Below the pieces are notes generated by a model. That model was not told where the DNA came from. It was given only the letters and a program-made list of their open reading frames with translations, and did not search any database. A stretch of DNA of 64,000 bases from Monocercomonoides exilis PA203 (taxonomy: Eukaryota; Protista; Preaxostyla): assembly GCA_001643675.2 (NCBI GenBank), contig LSRY02000019.1, forward strand, positions 992,001 through 1,056,000. Reading direction: 5' to 3'. Of the stretch, positions 25,201-37,435 are shown piece by piece (within the stretch, counting starts at the first letter, position 1; every line of letters starts with the position of its first letter). A program made the position numbers and the translations under genes.

Positions 25201-26332
25201 TTGTTCTTCTTCTTCCTCTTCCTCTTCTTCTTCTTCCTCCTCATCTTCCTCTGCAACTTTTTCTTCTTTTTTGTTTTCTCCTTTCATTTCAGATGGATTC
25301 ATTTCTTTCAAACTTCCCTCAGCCTTTGCCTCATTTCCTTCACCATCAGCACGTACGCTTGAAGAACTGCTAATCGTTGATGTTGAATCATCTGCTGATA
25401 TCACAGAATCTCTCTTTGCTGACAGGATATCTGCATTTGATTTGTCTACATCTTCATTGCCCAACGACCCGTCGCTCAAAGAAACCAGCACACAATCTTT
25501 TTCTGCGGGCTCCAGACTTCCACTGCTGCTTTTTTCAAGCTCCGAAAACGAAGGGTCAGAGGCGCTGCTATTACTAGTGCTGTTAGATTCCAACGAAGCA
25601 CGCTCATTCGCTTCCTTTTCATTTATCTCTTTCAGAATCTGTTCTTCTCTATTAGTCAGCATAGCCTCAACATACGTTAAAAGAAACATCAGTTCTTCAT
25701 CGGGTAGAGAGACCTGATTCTGGGCATGTATTTCAGCTGCAATTTTTGTTCTTGCAATTACAAATGCATGCGTAAAAGAAGGAAATGCATTTGAAAGATT
25801 TGTCAAAGCAGAAGCAGGAAAAAGTTGTTTATTGCGATCAAAAGAAAATGAAGCAAAAGATGGATCTGTAAATAACAATCTATTATATGTCTGAAGAATA
25901 TCTCCCATTAAAGTCTGCAGTTTTTCAAATTGTAACACTGTGCTAAATACATCAATAAATGATTCAATTTACAGAAATCAATAGAAAAAACAAATTATAG
26001 AATTCAAACAAGCTATTGTAATTTGGTTTCGTTCCAAAGAAAAGAGTCACAATTTTTTGCATCATGAAAAGCTGTGCAGATAAAAATGATTTTGCCTTTT
26101 CACTTTCAGTCGCCACCATTAAAAAATACTGATCATTTATTAAAAATTTAAAAATCCATGATCCAAATTCCATTTCTGTCACGCCACCAACCGGATCATC
26201 TTCCAGAACCATCTGAGTAACCTGCAAAACATCAGCAACAACAGAAACATCTGGATCACTCAGATAAATCAATTTATTTCGCTCGCCCATGCAAAGATAA
26301 ATTGTGTGTGGTATTTTTGTACCGTCATTCAT
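22276..26332 (-). CDS. HPS1: HPS1-like tri-longin protein (BLOC-3 / Mon1-HPS1-Fuzzy family), 4 exons, with large acidic and Ser-rich insertions
   Basis: First longin 'HTIYLCMGERNKLIYLSD...FLMVATESEKAKSFLSAQLFMMQKIVTLFFG'. Third longin 'FKGLLHFLFVNRSTNNAQSP' resembles HPS1 '[20 protein letters not shown]', and C-terminal 'GIICEVVAVY...LLSRCLW' resembles 'VRCYELLALH...LARRLW' (recalled sequence). GT-AG introns at about 26009-25943, 24100-23903 and 23539-23342. Confidence 0.7.
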
Positions 26333-26885
26333 CCCAACTGATCCAAAAATCAAAAAACACTTCACATAAAAAAAATTGATGGGCGAGAAAAAAAGTTTTA
26401 AAATGAGAGTATTCACTTGAATTTGTTTTTCACCTTTGTGAACAATAAAAATTAATCAATGAAATCGTTGATGGATAACATATTCCTTTCTTGTGTGTGA
26501 AAATCAACAGTTCAAAAAGTTTTAAAATTAATAAATAATAAAATTGAGAGAAAAAATAAACAACTATTTTGATAACATATATTCTTTCTGATGTTGATTA
26601 ACAAAAAAAATTCTTTCAATCTCGTCTTTTGCCAATTAAGACGTCACAAATAAATTCTTCAATTAAAAACCGTGAAGATTTGAAAATGTTGTTTTGAAGA
26701 AAATAAAAGTTCGTTTATTTCTTTTCAAAGGTTTCACGTGTGTTTGCAATTGTTATGACGAGTTTTGAAGAAGTTAAAAATAAAGTTTTTTTTAAAATAA
26801 AACTACAAATGCTTGTTGAATTGTGAAATGATGAAAATTGAAAAACAAAAATTTTGAATTGTAAAATTCAAAGCATTTCAAAACC

Positions 26886-28337
26886 TCAAATATTCACGAA
26901 ATAATTAGAAATATTCAATGATAATGAATAATAATATTTTTTATTATAAAAACTACAAAATTCATATTCACTTGTTATGATATCTTCATATCCTTCTTCT
27001 TCCATCTTTTCAAATAATCTCCTTTTGATTATCTTTCTTTTCGCTTCATCTGTTTCTCCATCTGCCTTTCCTATCAGTTGTTCTGCAATTATCAAAAAGA
27101 ATTCCAAACAACGGTGTGCAATTTCGTCTTCAGATGTTGATTGCTTCAGTTCATCCAAAGCAAGATTAACTGCCCCTTCATCCAAAAAAGAATCAATTTT
27201 GGAACTTTTGTCTCTTGCCATAGCTCGTAAAGCAAAAATGCATTTTCCGCAAATATCTTTTTCATTCTCTCTTGCAGCTCTGCACAGCCTGACAATGCAA
27301 CGAATCAATGCAACGTTTTCTTCGTTCCAAAAATTGAAATACAAAAAAACATTTGTCACTATCAAGTTCCATGCCATCACAACATATTCTTCTTCCCTTT
27401 CTTTTTTTCCTCTTCTTTCTCCTTTTTTCTTCGTCCAATCGACACATCTTGTTAGCTCATTCAATTCTCTTGTTGCTTCTCTTATCAAATGCAGCTCATC
27501 TCCAATCACTCCAATAAGACTTCTTGCGAGACCAATTCTATTCGTTAAAAATTTCCAAGCAGACATATAGGCAACTCGTGAAAGATTGCGATGTTCCTGA
27601 TGATATTCGATGATTTCTGTTATCCCATTCAAATATAGTTTTTGTTCAATTTTCTAATAAAAATCAGAAAAAAATGCAAAAGTATCAAAATGGAAATAGA
27701 AGCGAACATACATTATATATGTTAACATGACTTAAAGCCAGTAAAGCTATTTCCACTTCTTTCTGAGTTTCTTCGTTTTCCTCTTTCTTTAAGGCAACTT
27801 TCAGAAGACAAGGCACACAAATAAAAAGAAATTCTGAAGAAATTCTTTCTTCAAACAAAATATAGCATTCACAAAGATAAGCAAGAATCTTTTCATTCTT
27901 TTCCTCTTTTTTCTCATTTTCATCAAAAATCACCTTTTCAAGTCTTTCGCTCAATGAAGATGCATAAAAGAATGGATTCCGTTCATTTTTCAATATTTTG
28001 CAATATCCAATATGCTTCAGCAGCAAAATTGCATTTTCAATCGACATTTTCTTTTCTTCAATCATTTTGTCCATTTTGTTGAATATTTCTTCGTTGAAAA
28101 CAGAATTAAATTCATCTTTATTCATTTCTTCTATCAATGGATACATTTCAAGAATTTTCTGTTTTTGATCAATTTCAGTGCAATAATCCAGGTCAGAAAA
28201 CAATTCTTCAACGATCAATAAAAAAATAGAAACAGAACAATTAAAAGATCAAATTTTTTGTACAAACTCAAAAATTCTTCTGTTGTTTGTAACTTTTGAA
28301 TTTTATCAAAATGCTTATCTCCTATGCGCAATGTCAT
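26886..28337 (-). CDS. Member of a lineage-expanded uncharacterised helical (ARM-like) protein family, 3 exons
   Basis: 'ELFSDLDYCTEIDQKQKILEM...KKMSIENAILLLKHIGYCK...CVPCLLKVALKKEENEETQKEVEIALLALS...EIIEYHQEHRNLSRVAYMSAW...FEKMEEEGYEDII' matches the family I recall as massively expanded in Monocercomonoides. Confidence 0.75.
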
Positions 28338-29196
28338 TCTGTAAATCGCGAAATAGTTACAATTAGAAGTGTAAAGCTTTATATTTAATTGAACAACAAT
28401 AAACACAAACATCGTTAATTATCTTGTAAAAAATGATACACTATCAATACAATGCTAATCTCCTTTCTTTATATAATTGGTTAAAAAATAAAATAAAAAG
28501 AAAAACCTCGATACTGTTGGAAAAGACGAGAATCAAGTTTTATTTCGATTTGATCGATCCATTAAAAAACTAAATTATTGTTATTTGTTATTTCATATGA
28601 GATAACATTCATTCTCGAATTGAATTGTTAGATTTTTGAATGGAATTAATTTATGATGCACAAATTCAGTTTAAAAAAAAGAAATTGCAAACAACCAAAC
28701 GTTTTTTTTTTAAAAGCATTTCTTGATTTTATAAGGAAAAGTGGGATCGAAAACGAAAATACACATTGCTTACAGATTATTGAAGTTTTTCTTGCTGCTT
28801 TCCTGTGTAATTTTTGAACCTTACACAGACAGCTCTCAGATAAAATGAATGAAAAACAAATGAAAATCTGAAAATTTTGAAATATATATCAAAGTTGTTC
28901 AAAATTCACCAAAGAAATTGCACAAAAAATAAGCGATTTTGCACAAGGCCAAATGAAATTGATTTTACAGCGAAAATGAATAATATGCTTTGAAACGAAC
29001 AACTCAGAAAGTTCATGTGAAAACGCACACTAACTTCAAACTCACATTGTCAATGAAAGATTTTGTTGAAAGTCAAATGTGATTGGTCACAATTAATTTG
29101 ATAAGATGAAGCGAAGGAGAGCAAATGAGAAAATTTGTTTTGACTGAGAGACAAAAGCTGCAAGAAAAAACAAAAATAAAAACAAACAACAACAAG

Positions 29197-29233
<37 letters not shown>

Positions 29234-29851
29234 AGAATTTGTTTGTTTTGAAGCTAATGTGCAAAAAGGAGAATAGGACTGTTGGTTATTTGGAAGTGCT
29301 ACAAATGCAATTCGGTTGAAGATTACTGAATGAAAAAATCAGAAATGAATTCAGTATATTGATTCCCTTGAAATGCTTGAAATGATTCTGTAAAAATGTC
29401 AAAAAAACAAAAAGCCATCATAAACGGACATACACAACGAGAATTAACTTCCTTTTTTGAAGGAAAAAGAATTAATCACAGTTAATATAAGATTCTTTTT
29501 TGAGTAGATAATAAAACTTTTTTCACATTTGTTTTATTTCATTCTTGTGATTTGGTTTGTGATAAAGACAGTTTCTCCATTTTTTCTATCGAGTTCTTTT
29601 TCTTTCCAAAAAATACTCAAAATCTCGTTTCTACTATGCTGTTGATCGCAAATTTCAAATTTCATCATCGCAGTTTCGAATCATTTTGATCATCTATAAA
29701 ACAAACATGAAACAAATACAATACAGCTATTTTCTGCATCTCAAATCTTATTGTCAAAGCTTTGAAGATGTTAAACACACAAAGCAAATAATATTTCTCT
29801 TAAACGAATACTGGCACAAATTGTTCTTATTGAGCCCTTCATTTCCCCAAA

Positions 29852-32559
29852 TTAGTCATAATTTTCTTCCTCTTCCTCTCCCTTTTTCACTCCAAAACCA
29901 TCCATGCTCATCTGCGGACGCAGCGAATTCAGAGCTTGAAGTGCTCGCAGTTCCTTGATTGCTTCTTCATCCCGCCTCCTCTTCCCTCCCATCATTCTAT
30001 CCAATTCAAACGCACTTTTCATATTTTCCTCTTCTTTTTCGCTCCAACTCTGAGTGGATTCTGTTCCTTCATTCTCTTTTTCCTTCTTCTCGCCTTTTTT
30101 CCCTTCAATGCTTTCACTATTTTCCTTTCCCATATCATTCCCTTCATGTCCCTCGTATTCATCATATTCCTCATATCCTTCATCACCTTCATATCCATCC
30201 TCAAACTCCTCATTTCCGCCTTCTCCTTCATCTTCCTCGTCTCCTCCAAAGCTTTCATCATCCACCCTTCGTTCCCACCCTCCTCCTATTCCTTTCCCTG
30301 CCTCTCCTCCAGTCCTGCCAAGCCCTTTTGTCCGACCTCCAAACGAAGGAGGAGGTGGAGGCGGCAGAGGAGGATGAGAAGAAGAAAAGGAAGAATTTTT
30401 TGGTAATGCGTGTGGTGTCTGACATGATGATTGTGCAGCTCCCATCCCGAAAGAAGAGTCATCACCAGGAATTGGCGAAGGTTGGCCTGCTCCGAAAGAA
30501 GTCTGAGGAACATTCAACTGCGTAGATGATGTGCCTGGCAAAGAATTCCTTGAATCTTGAGGAATGCTGCTTCCCAGTTGGCCAGATCCCGAGCCTCTGT
30601 TCGGAAACTTCTTACTGGATGCAGCAGATCCTTGCGCAGAAAATGAAAGAGGAGATGATGAAGAATAAAGCGCTTTGCCTGATGCCAAGACATCTTTAAC
30701 CGCGACAAAGCTTGCCAGAAAAGATGGAAACGGATATCGGAAGTTGCGCACTGCTGCCGAAGGCGGTGGAGAAGCCGGGATTTCCATCCGCGGAATCTCA
30801 AAAGGCGATAGAAAAACATTCGCCTGACCAAATAACTGCGGCTGTTGACTTTGCAGGTTCTGCTGAAATTGCGGGTGAATGTGCTGCTGTTGGAGTTGTT
30901 GCTGCTGCATCTGCCCTGCCATCAGAGCCTGCTGCCGCTCCTTCTCCTTCCTCTTCTCCTCCTCAACAATCCTCATGTGCTGCTGCTGTGCCGGCCACTG
31001 CCGCATCACATCCTCAATTGAAACAGGATTCAGGGCGCTGTCGATGATGCTCAGTGCAACTCGCTCGTCGTTCGCAGATTCCTTGTCTGTACGTACTTGC
31101 AGCACACGCCATCCACCACCCCCTTCCACTCTCAGGCTCCGCAGAAACTCCCTCTTCAGCTGCACGCTGAACAGCTGCTTTCCCAGCACGTCCGGAGGTA
31201 CATCCACCACTGGGTGCACATACTCCGGATCAAACCTGCACTCCACGACAGACCAGTCCCGGATCCCAAGCTGCTCCTCTGCGCTGACTGGACCTGAGCC
31301 TGCACCTGCCTCGCTTCCGCTGCCGCTTCCGCTGTTCTCACCCTTTGCAGTTCCCATTCCAGTACTATCAACAGCAACATACTGGAAGAACTTCGCGGAT
31401 CCTTGTGACGAGATGTACAGAGCCCACAGCGAGAGCACCTGCCCTTCAGTGTGTACATACAGAGCCTGCTTGATCAAAAAATCAACTGTGTTCAGTTCCG
31501 GCGGCTTCCACTTCAGCAGCGTATCCACAGAAACCCCCATCTCGTATCCAGGCTCCACTGGCGTGAACACAAGCCCATCACATGAATGCGGCAGCTCTTG
31601 ACGTTTCGCCCAGATCTCCTCCGATTTGCTCAGCTGGCTCCACTTCTTCATCACCACCTCAAACGCCTCTGCTCGCTCGTCCAGCACATACTCTTGCGCC
31701 TTCGCTGGGAATAGCCACACCGGATGATGCATCCCATTAAATCGCTCAGTCCACTGCGCAAGATACCCCAACCGCCGCGAGAAGTCCCGATCTACAAGCA
31801 CTTTCCCATCGACTGCAAGAGCATCGAACGCATAGAAACGTGGAACCACCACCTTCCCAATCGTTGCATCCGGGTGCATAGTCTCATCCAGGATCAACTC
31901 TCCATCCAGGATCAGAGGCTCTGCAATGCCTATCCCACAACATCATGTAACAGTAAATTCAAACATTATTTGAATCAAACAAAAAAATATTTTTATAAAT
32001 AAAAATGAAAGTTAAAGAAAAGCGAAGAAAAAATAATTAATTTTCTTTGGGTTCTCTCTTCCAATGTTCTCTCTTCAGCGCATACATGACATGGGGTATT
32101 GCAGCATCACTCGAATCATCTCTCCTTTTCGACCAAACTGCAAAGAAAAAATAGAAATTTAAAAAAAAATATTGTTAACATCATGTAATTGCGCAACACT
32201 ATTGGCGCAAAAATAATAGATTATAAGATGCAAACTAGATATGTTGCTCCCTGCCCGGCAACCTTCACAAGTAAAAATCTCACTCCATTCGTCTTTTCAG
32301 CAACATAGTACTCCACATCAAATATATTAGATATATAATAAATTTTCGTTCAGCCCGAAACATTAAAACAATAATAGCAGCCTCAAACCTCGTACTGTCC
32401 AAATTTTATCAAATCTGCTTGCCTCAAACTTACAGGGTGATTTCCCGGGAATGGTCTCTCCGTTTTCAGAAGCGCCTGGATGCTACCTTTCAGCGCTTTT
32501 GTGTTTTGCACCCCACCCAACCGTTCCAGAGCTGCAATATATCTGTTTAATCTATCCAT
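29852..32559 (-). CDS. CEG1: mRNA capping enzyme, guanylyltransferase (stand-alone, Ceg1-type), 4 exons, long low-complexity C-terminus
   Basis: 'FPGNHPVSL'; motif I 'YYVAEKTNGVRF'; III 'LILDGEL'; IIIa 'FYAFDAL'; IV 'CDGLVFTP'; V 'LLKWKPPELNTVDF'; VI 'WRVLQVRTDKESAND'; three phase-compatible GT-AG introns. Confidence 0.92.
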
Positions 32560-32756
32560 TTAATTATTATATATGTAGATCAAGCAATCAAAAAGAAAAT
32601 AATAAAATTTTGTTATTTTAGTTATTAGTGGCGACAGAATGATTATTAAATTTTATATCAGATTTGTTGCATGTTTTATATGAACACATGCGAATCAAAA
32701 AGAAAAAAGAAAAGAAAAGATTAAAAATAATTATTCAATTTGTGGTGTTCTGCACA

Positions 32757-32939
32757 ATGGTGCGATCACCGATGTTTAACTATGCAACATGGGAGGATTA
32801 CATGACTTCTGTGGGCTACACAGGACCTGATGACAAGAACATGTGGAAGATTACAGTCAATCCCACAAAGACGCAGTTGGTGAACATGAACGAGTTCTGG
32901 GCGCAAGCCAATGCTTCAGTCAAGAAGTTAAGTCCTTAA
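32757..32939 (+). CDS. Putative 60-aa microprotein
   Basis: ATG-TAA ORF (MVRSPMFNYATWEDYMTSVGYTGPDDKNMWKITVNPTKTQLVNMNEFWAQANASVKKLSP) that coincides with a GC-richer island inside AT-rich DNA; divergent from the capping enzyme gene. Confidence 0.55.
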   Translation: MVRSPMFNYATWEDYMTSVGYTGPDDKNMWKITVNPTKTQLVNMNEFWAQANASVKKLSP

Positions 32940-33442
32940 TATACCTGATTTGTTGCATTGCTCGAGTAATCGTTGCACTGAAGATTTAATGATCATTCTA
33001 TTTCAATGGATTACATTCAAATCTTCTTGGTTTTAATTAAGTAAAAGGAAAAAAATATTTTTAAGCTAACTTATCATGAATATCTTATTTCAATATTGCG
33101 TTGCAATTTAAAAATTCTCTTTCAAACGATTATTATATTTAATTATTTTTTTAATCATCAAAAAATGTTTTGAATTTTAACAATCTGAAGGAAAAATGAA
33201 ACTTTATATTCAAGAAAATATACCTTAATTAACAAGGTACTTCCACGCAAGAGTGATAAAGGATTTTATCGAATTCAATTGTTCTTCTTCAGTCTCATAA
33301 GATTGATCCTATCAACAATAATTTCATTTTGGATATTATTTTTAATCGAATTTTTGAGGATAGTTGGACAGTATATTTTGATAATTAAGTAATATTAATA
33401 CATTTGTTATAGTAACAATTTAAAGAACTTATAATCATTCAA

Positions 33443-36400
33443 ATGTCACTTCAAGTTAATAAAATTGGAGAAAAGTTTTCGGAACAATACTATCACACAC
33501 TAAAGAATAGTCCATCAGATTTGATTCGATTCTATTCTAAAAATGCAGTTTTAATAGATGAAACAAGCAAAGTCACCAACATTTACGATGACGGAGAGCA
33601 ATTAGAAGATTACTTCAATTCTCTTCTTCCCACTGATTTAGAAATACATTTTGTAAAATCAATTGCATTTAAGCACTACATTTTGATATCTGTTAACGGA
33701 TGGATCTTTGAGCCACAAAGCATTCCAACAATTTTCACAAGTTCGTTCGTTCTTGAACAAGAACAAGATACACAAAATCGACTTTTTGTAATTCGGCAGA
33801 TTCAACACAGGTTTACCCGAGATGAAGTGATTATTTCAGATTATAAATATCAAGGCAAAACTTTACAAGCGCGGCCGCATGATGTTAAGCCAATTTTGGA
33901 TGAATCCTCATTTCCTTCTCTGCCAAATTCGTTACCAACGCATCAAGAAACAACAAAAAAGGCAAACATTCCATCAACTTCTTTTCATAATCCTCAAACT
34001 TGCACCATTGGTTGTATTTCGTTTGATAAGTTTCAGAAACCATCAGAAGAAAGTATTGTTTCGGCTCTTGTCAAACTGATTGGAAAAGCTAATAAATCAG
34101 GAAAATTGTTGAAAGGAGATAAATCAAAGCAACTTTCGTATGAAAATACTGCTAATTTCACATTCTCATCTCAATCACATGAGGAAGGGTCAACTTCTTC
34201 GGATATGCTGAGTGCTCTTAAAGCCAAAGAGATTGCATTGTCTCTAATGGCAGACGCTCCAATAATCGACACAAATTCTGAGCGAGAGATGGAAAGGAGA
34301 ATTGTCGAGGAAAATGGGAAAGATGTGATTACAGACCTTACAATTTTAAGCAGAAGCGATGCACAGAAGAAAAAAGCTATGAGTGGAAGAGGAAGAGAAA
34401 AAATAATGAAAAGTGACGAAATTCCTCAAAGCGCAGGATCTCATGAAACACAGGAAAGTGAAGATAGTTGCGAAGATGCAACGATAGCCGTGTGGTTCAA
34501 GGAGCCATGGATGGCACGCCATGCAGTTCAGAAGGGAGTGCTGAGTGTGAGGAAGGTGAAAGGGAGAATTGAATGGTGGGACGAATGGATTGAAAAAAGA
34601 GGAGAAACCAAAAAGGCAAACAAATTAGAAAGAACAGAAAGGAAAGCATCAGTCACGGGCACCAGAAAGACTCGCAAAACAACCAAATTGGATGATTCAT
34701 CCCGTTTCAGCGCTTACGAGACTGCATCGACTGCTTCGACATACTCGAGGGATTCATCAGCCACTGCATCAACTTATTCTTACTCTTTTTCTTTTTCGTC
34801 CTCTTATTCGCGTGCACGCTCTCGTTCTCGTTCTCGTTCTCATTCTCGTTCTCATTCTCCTTCGTCTTCTTCTTTTTCTTCATATTCAGGAGCTTATTCT
34901 TACACAGATTCAGATTCGAGCTATTCAGGTTCAACATCACATAGAAAGTCACATAAGCGTTCATTAAAGAAAAAGCGTGCAAGACATTATTCACGCAGTA
35001 GTTCTCGAAGACATAGAGCAAACAAAACAGACAGAATGCACGAAGACGATGAATACGATGAAGTAAAGAAGAGCGGAAAGGAGAAGAGGCAGAAGAAAGA
35101 GAAGACAGATAAAAAGGAGCACAAAAAGAAAAGAGAACGAAAAGGAGAAGGAAAAGAGATCAAAAAGCTAACAAGAGAAGGTGATGGGAAAATTGAACAA
35201 GAATACGAGAACGAGAAAATTACCGAGAAAGTTAAAGTGAAGGAAATAAAGCTTGAAAGGAAATATGCTCCAATGCAATCAAAAGATGTTTTTAGATCTC
35301 GAGAAAAACAGGACTTGGGGTGGAGGTGTGTAGAGGTGTGGACCGCGCAAGAAGTTGGTGGGAAAAAAGGTTTGAAAGAGGCAAAAGGAACAGTGGAAAT
35401 ATGGGATAACACAAAACTTGCTACAATAATTGAGATCGATCCACCGAGAAGTGATGAGTCAAAGCAAAAAATTGTGATTAAAGCGAAAGCTGCGGAGAAA
35501 AAAAGGAATATGAAAGTTAATAATTCCAACGAAATGAAAGAGAAAGAGCAAAAGAGCTCAATAATCAAAGCAGCAACAACAGAAAAGAAGGAAGAAACTG
35601 TTCAAAAATTGAAACCAAAACAAAAAGAAGTTACTCAGAAAAGGAGCAATGAAAAAGAAGGCAAAAAAGTTGATAATAAAACGTCACAAAAACAAGAAAC
35701 TCGGCCTGAAAAGAAATTAATTGAAACGTCTCAGAAGGCCGTGGAGGTTGAATCAAAAGAAACTGCAACAGCAAACTCAACAAAACCTAAAACAACATCA
35801 AAGTTATCTTCAACATCTTCCGATATAACCTCTAAGAGTGAAGCTACAAGCACAGATTCTTCTGCTGTCACTTCTTCAGTCATGAAAGACAAACAGGAAA
35901 TCACTCCTTCTGCTTCCATTCCTTCTTCATCTGTCAAAAAGCAAACGTCAAACACACAATCCACTGCAGAGTCTGTCAAGGCATTGAAAAGCGCCAAGCA
36001 TTCCCAAGAAAAGCATTCAGCAGACTCAGCAGCCAACGGTGAAGCATTCAATTCACAGCAAAAAGATGATGCCGAGAACAAATTGTGGGCAGCGATCGGA
36101 GCAACTGATGATGCAGCGTCTCTGCTGCCTTCGTCCATTTCGACATCGTCTCCCTCTCTCGCATCGCCATTGCCTTCATTCTCATCTCCGGCAAGCTCAT
36201 CAGCATCAGCTGGAAAGCAAGTTCAGAGGACAATTATCGATTCAGTGCAACAGGCTGGCTTTGACTCTTCCACTCCTCCGTCGCACTCTGCCAGCACTTT
36301 GTCTTCACCTGGTGTAGCAATGCATTCAACATTAACTTCACCTCCAGAATTTCCTTTGTTAACAACTGGATCAGATTCTTTCGCCTCTCCATCTCTCCCT

Positions 36401-37435
36401 CTTCCTCTTCCACCTTCTTCGCTATCATCGTTGTCTTCTTCTTCTGCTTCTTCTTCCTCTTCTCCGACTTCTTCCAGTTCATCAGCATCATCTTCACTTC
36501 CTCCTTTCACTTCGTCATTCCCTTCATTTGTTTCTTTCAGTGACTCAAAGGCTTCAGAAAATGTTCCAACACTTTTTTCTCCAACAGTGCCCTTTCCTGC
36601 CCTACCAATGCTCCCTTCGCTTTCGTCTTTTTCTCCAATTGCTTCGCTTTCTCCCATTTCGAACTTAACTCCTTCTCCTCCAAATGAAACTTCGTCGTCA
36701 GCTTCTTCTTCTTCTTCTTCTTCTTCATCCTCTTCTTCTTTAACATCGTCTTATTCATCGCAAATTGAACAAACATCAACTTTATCAGATGAGAATCAAA
36801 AGAAAGAGTCACATGAGATGGGCGATCTGAAAAAGGAATCAACGAAAAATGAGAATGAAGAAAGAATAAGGAACAAAACAGATGGCTCAAGAGCAAGCAA
36901 AGAAAATGAAGTTGGAAACATCAAAATGGAGAATGAAATAATCAACAAAGATGAAAATCAAAAGAAGAAGATTGAAGATACGGAAAAAGAGGAAGAGGAA
37001 AAAGAAGAAGAGGAGGAGGAAGAAGAGGAGGAAGAAGAAGAGGAGGAAGAAGAAGAGGAGGAGTACGAAGAAGAAGATGATGATGCAGATGATATTGAGA
37101 CTGAGATCCTTAAACGGAAACTTAGAGAAAAGCTCAGATACAAATTGATGGAAAAAGAGCTGAGATTGAAATCGGCAGCAGCGAAAGAGCTGATCAAAGG
37201 CACAATGAAAAAAGATAGGACCGAAAAAGATGATGGAGAAGAATATGAAGAAGAAGAAGAAGAAGAGGAAGAGGAAGAAGAGGAGGAAGAAGAAGAAACA
37301 GATGAAAATGGAGGAGAAGACAGTTTGGCTTCTGATGAAAGTGTTTCTTCATCTCCTCCAACTTCGCCTCCGCCTTCGCCTCCTGTTTCATTACCAATTT
37401 CTGTGCAGAAGATTGAAGAGGATGCTGAAAGGTAA
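33443..37435 (+). CDS. G3BP/Bre5-like NTF2-domain protein with a split RRM-like domain, RS-rich, Lys-rich, Ser-rich and acidic regions
   Basis: NTF2 'IGEKFSEQYYHTLKNSPSDLIRFYSKNAVL...ILISVNGWI...FTSSFVL...LFVIRQIQHRF'; RRM-like pieces 'TCTIGCISF...SEESIVSAL' and 'ATIAVWFKEPWMARHAVQKGVLSVRKVKGRIEW'; 'RARSRSRSRSHSRSHS'. A further 3' exon after 37500 is possible. Confidence 0.7.
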   Translation: MSLQVNKIGEKFSEQYYHTLKNSPSDLIRFYSKNAVLIDETSKVTNIYDDGEQLEDYFNSLLPTDLEIHFVKSIAFKHYILISVNGWIFEPQSIPTIFTSSFVLEQEQDTQNRLFVIRQIQHRFTRDEVIISDYKYQGKTLQARPHDVKPILDESSFPSLPNSLPTHQETTKKANIPSTSFHNPQTCTIGCISFDKFQKPSEESIVSALVKLIGKANKSGKLLKGDKSKQLSYENTANFTFSSQSHEEGSTSSDMLSALKAKEIALSLMADAPIIDTNSEREMERRIVEENGKDVITDLTILSRSDAQKKKAMSGRGREKIMKSDEIPQSAGSHETQESEDSCEDATIAVWFKEPWMARHAVQKGVLSVRKVKGRIEWWDEWIEKRGETKKANKLERTERKASVTGTRKTRKTTKLDDSSRFSAYETASTASTYSRDSSATASTYSYSFSFSSSYSRARSRSRSRSHSRSHSPSSSSFSSYSGAYSYTDSDSSYSGSTSHRKSHKRSLKKKRARHYSRSSSRRHRANKTDRMHEDDEYDEVKKSGKEKRQKKEKTDKKEHKKKRERKGEGKEIKKLTREGDGKIEQEYENEKITEKVKVKEIKLERKYAPMQSKDVFRSREKQDLGWRCVEVWTAQEVGGKKGLKEAKGTVEIWDNTKLATIIEIDPPRSDESKQKIVIKAKAAEKKRNMKVNNSNEMKEKEQKSSIIKAATTEKKEETVQKLKPKQKEVTQKRSNEKEGKKVDNKTSQKQETRPEKKLIETSQKAVEVESKETATANSTKPKTTSKLSSTSSDITSKSEATSTDSSAVTSSVMKDKQEITPSASIPSSSVKKQTSNTQSTAESVKALKSAKHSQEKHSADSAANGEAFNSQQKDDAENKLWAAIGATDDAASLLPSSISTSSPSLASPLPSFSSPASSSASAGKQVQRTIIDSVQQAGFDSSTPPSHSASTLSSPGVAMHSTLTSPPEFPLLTTGSDSFASPSLPLPLPPSSLSSLSSSSASSSSSPTSSSSSASSSLPPFTSSFPSFVSFSDSKASENVPTLFSPTVPFPALPMLPSLSSFSPIASLSPISNLTPSPPNETSSSASSSSSSSSSSSSLTSSYSSQIEQTSTLSDENQKKESHEMGDLKKESTKNENEERIRNKTDGSRASKENEVGNIKMENEIINKDENQKKKIEDTEKEEEEKEEEEEEEEEEEEEEEEEEEEYEEEDDDADDIETEILKRKLREKLRYKLMEKELRLKSAAAKELIKGTMKKDRTEKDDGEEYEEEEEEEEEEEEEEEEETDENGGEDSLASDESVSSSPPTSPPPSPPVSLPISVQKIEEDAER

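Noticed and set aside
26630-26745. GACGTCA and CACGTG boxes upstream of the HPS1-like gene as CRE/CLEAR elements
   Set aside because: Short motifs expected by chance; no evidence for the cognate factors in this lineage.
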